Source: Acanthaster planci (taxonomy: Eukaryota). Taken from it: a stretch of 62,249 bases of DNA. Made by a program: the position numbers and the translations under genes. Below the pieces are notes generated by a model. It was not told the origin of the DNA. It saw nothing but the letters and a program-made list of their open reading frames with translations, and did no database searches. Below are positions 62,119 to 62,249 of the stretch, in pieces. The stretch's first letter is position 1; each line of letters opens with the position of its first letter. The DNA lies in contig NW_019091359.1 in NCBI RefSeq assembly GCF_001949145.1, positions 3,138,861 to 3,201,109 on the forward strand, read 5' to 3'.

Positions 62119-62249
62119 GTACTGGGCGCGGAATAATAATAAGAAAAGGAGTGAATGGTTTGTTTTCCAATCCCTGATGAACTAAATACTCCAAAAAATC
62201 ATGGCAGACTACTTTTCCTTGTTTCAAGAGAGTTAGCACGAATGGTACA

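Noticed and set aside
60699..62249. Sulfatase C as a mere haplotig duplicate of B
   Set aside because: Introns 1-2 and the upstream regions differ far more than exon 3 and intron 3, C lacks B's insertion, and C shares an intron-1 tract with A instead. A true paralogue is more likely, though long reads are needed to be sure.

Overview
Eukaryotic, intron-containing, AT-rich animal DNA from a draft scaffold with six N-gaps. Abundant TACATGTA and TAGGCCTA words suggest a marine invertebrate, possibly an echinoderm (inference only). Reading splice sites and phases by hand gives six spliced genes. (1) An orphan secreted seven-bladed EAR/EPTP beta-propeller gene (+, 11084-15477), whose third-exon splice donor is multiplied 11 times by a 45-bp minisatellite. 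(2) The ciliary microtubule-inner-protein gene PIERCE1/C9orf116 (+, 23632-26422), with an RFX X-box upstream. (3) The Rab-GAP TBC1D25 (-, 32533-42464). (4-6) A cluster of three arylsulfatase B-like paralogues: A (-, 46509-49672), B (+, 54926 to beyond 58162) and C (+, 60699 to the window end), which show patchwork gene conversion. The rest is a dead CR1/L2-type LINE, several MITEs (some with clean TIRs and TSDs, some nested), a tRNA-derived SINE and minisatellites. There are no prokaryotic systems, CRISPR arrays or rRNA genes. All family assignments come from motif recognition by eye, not database searches.
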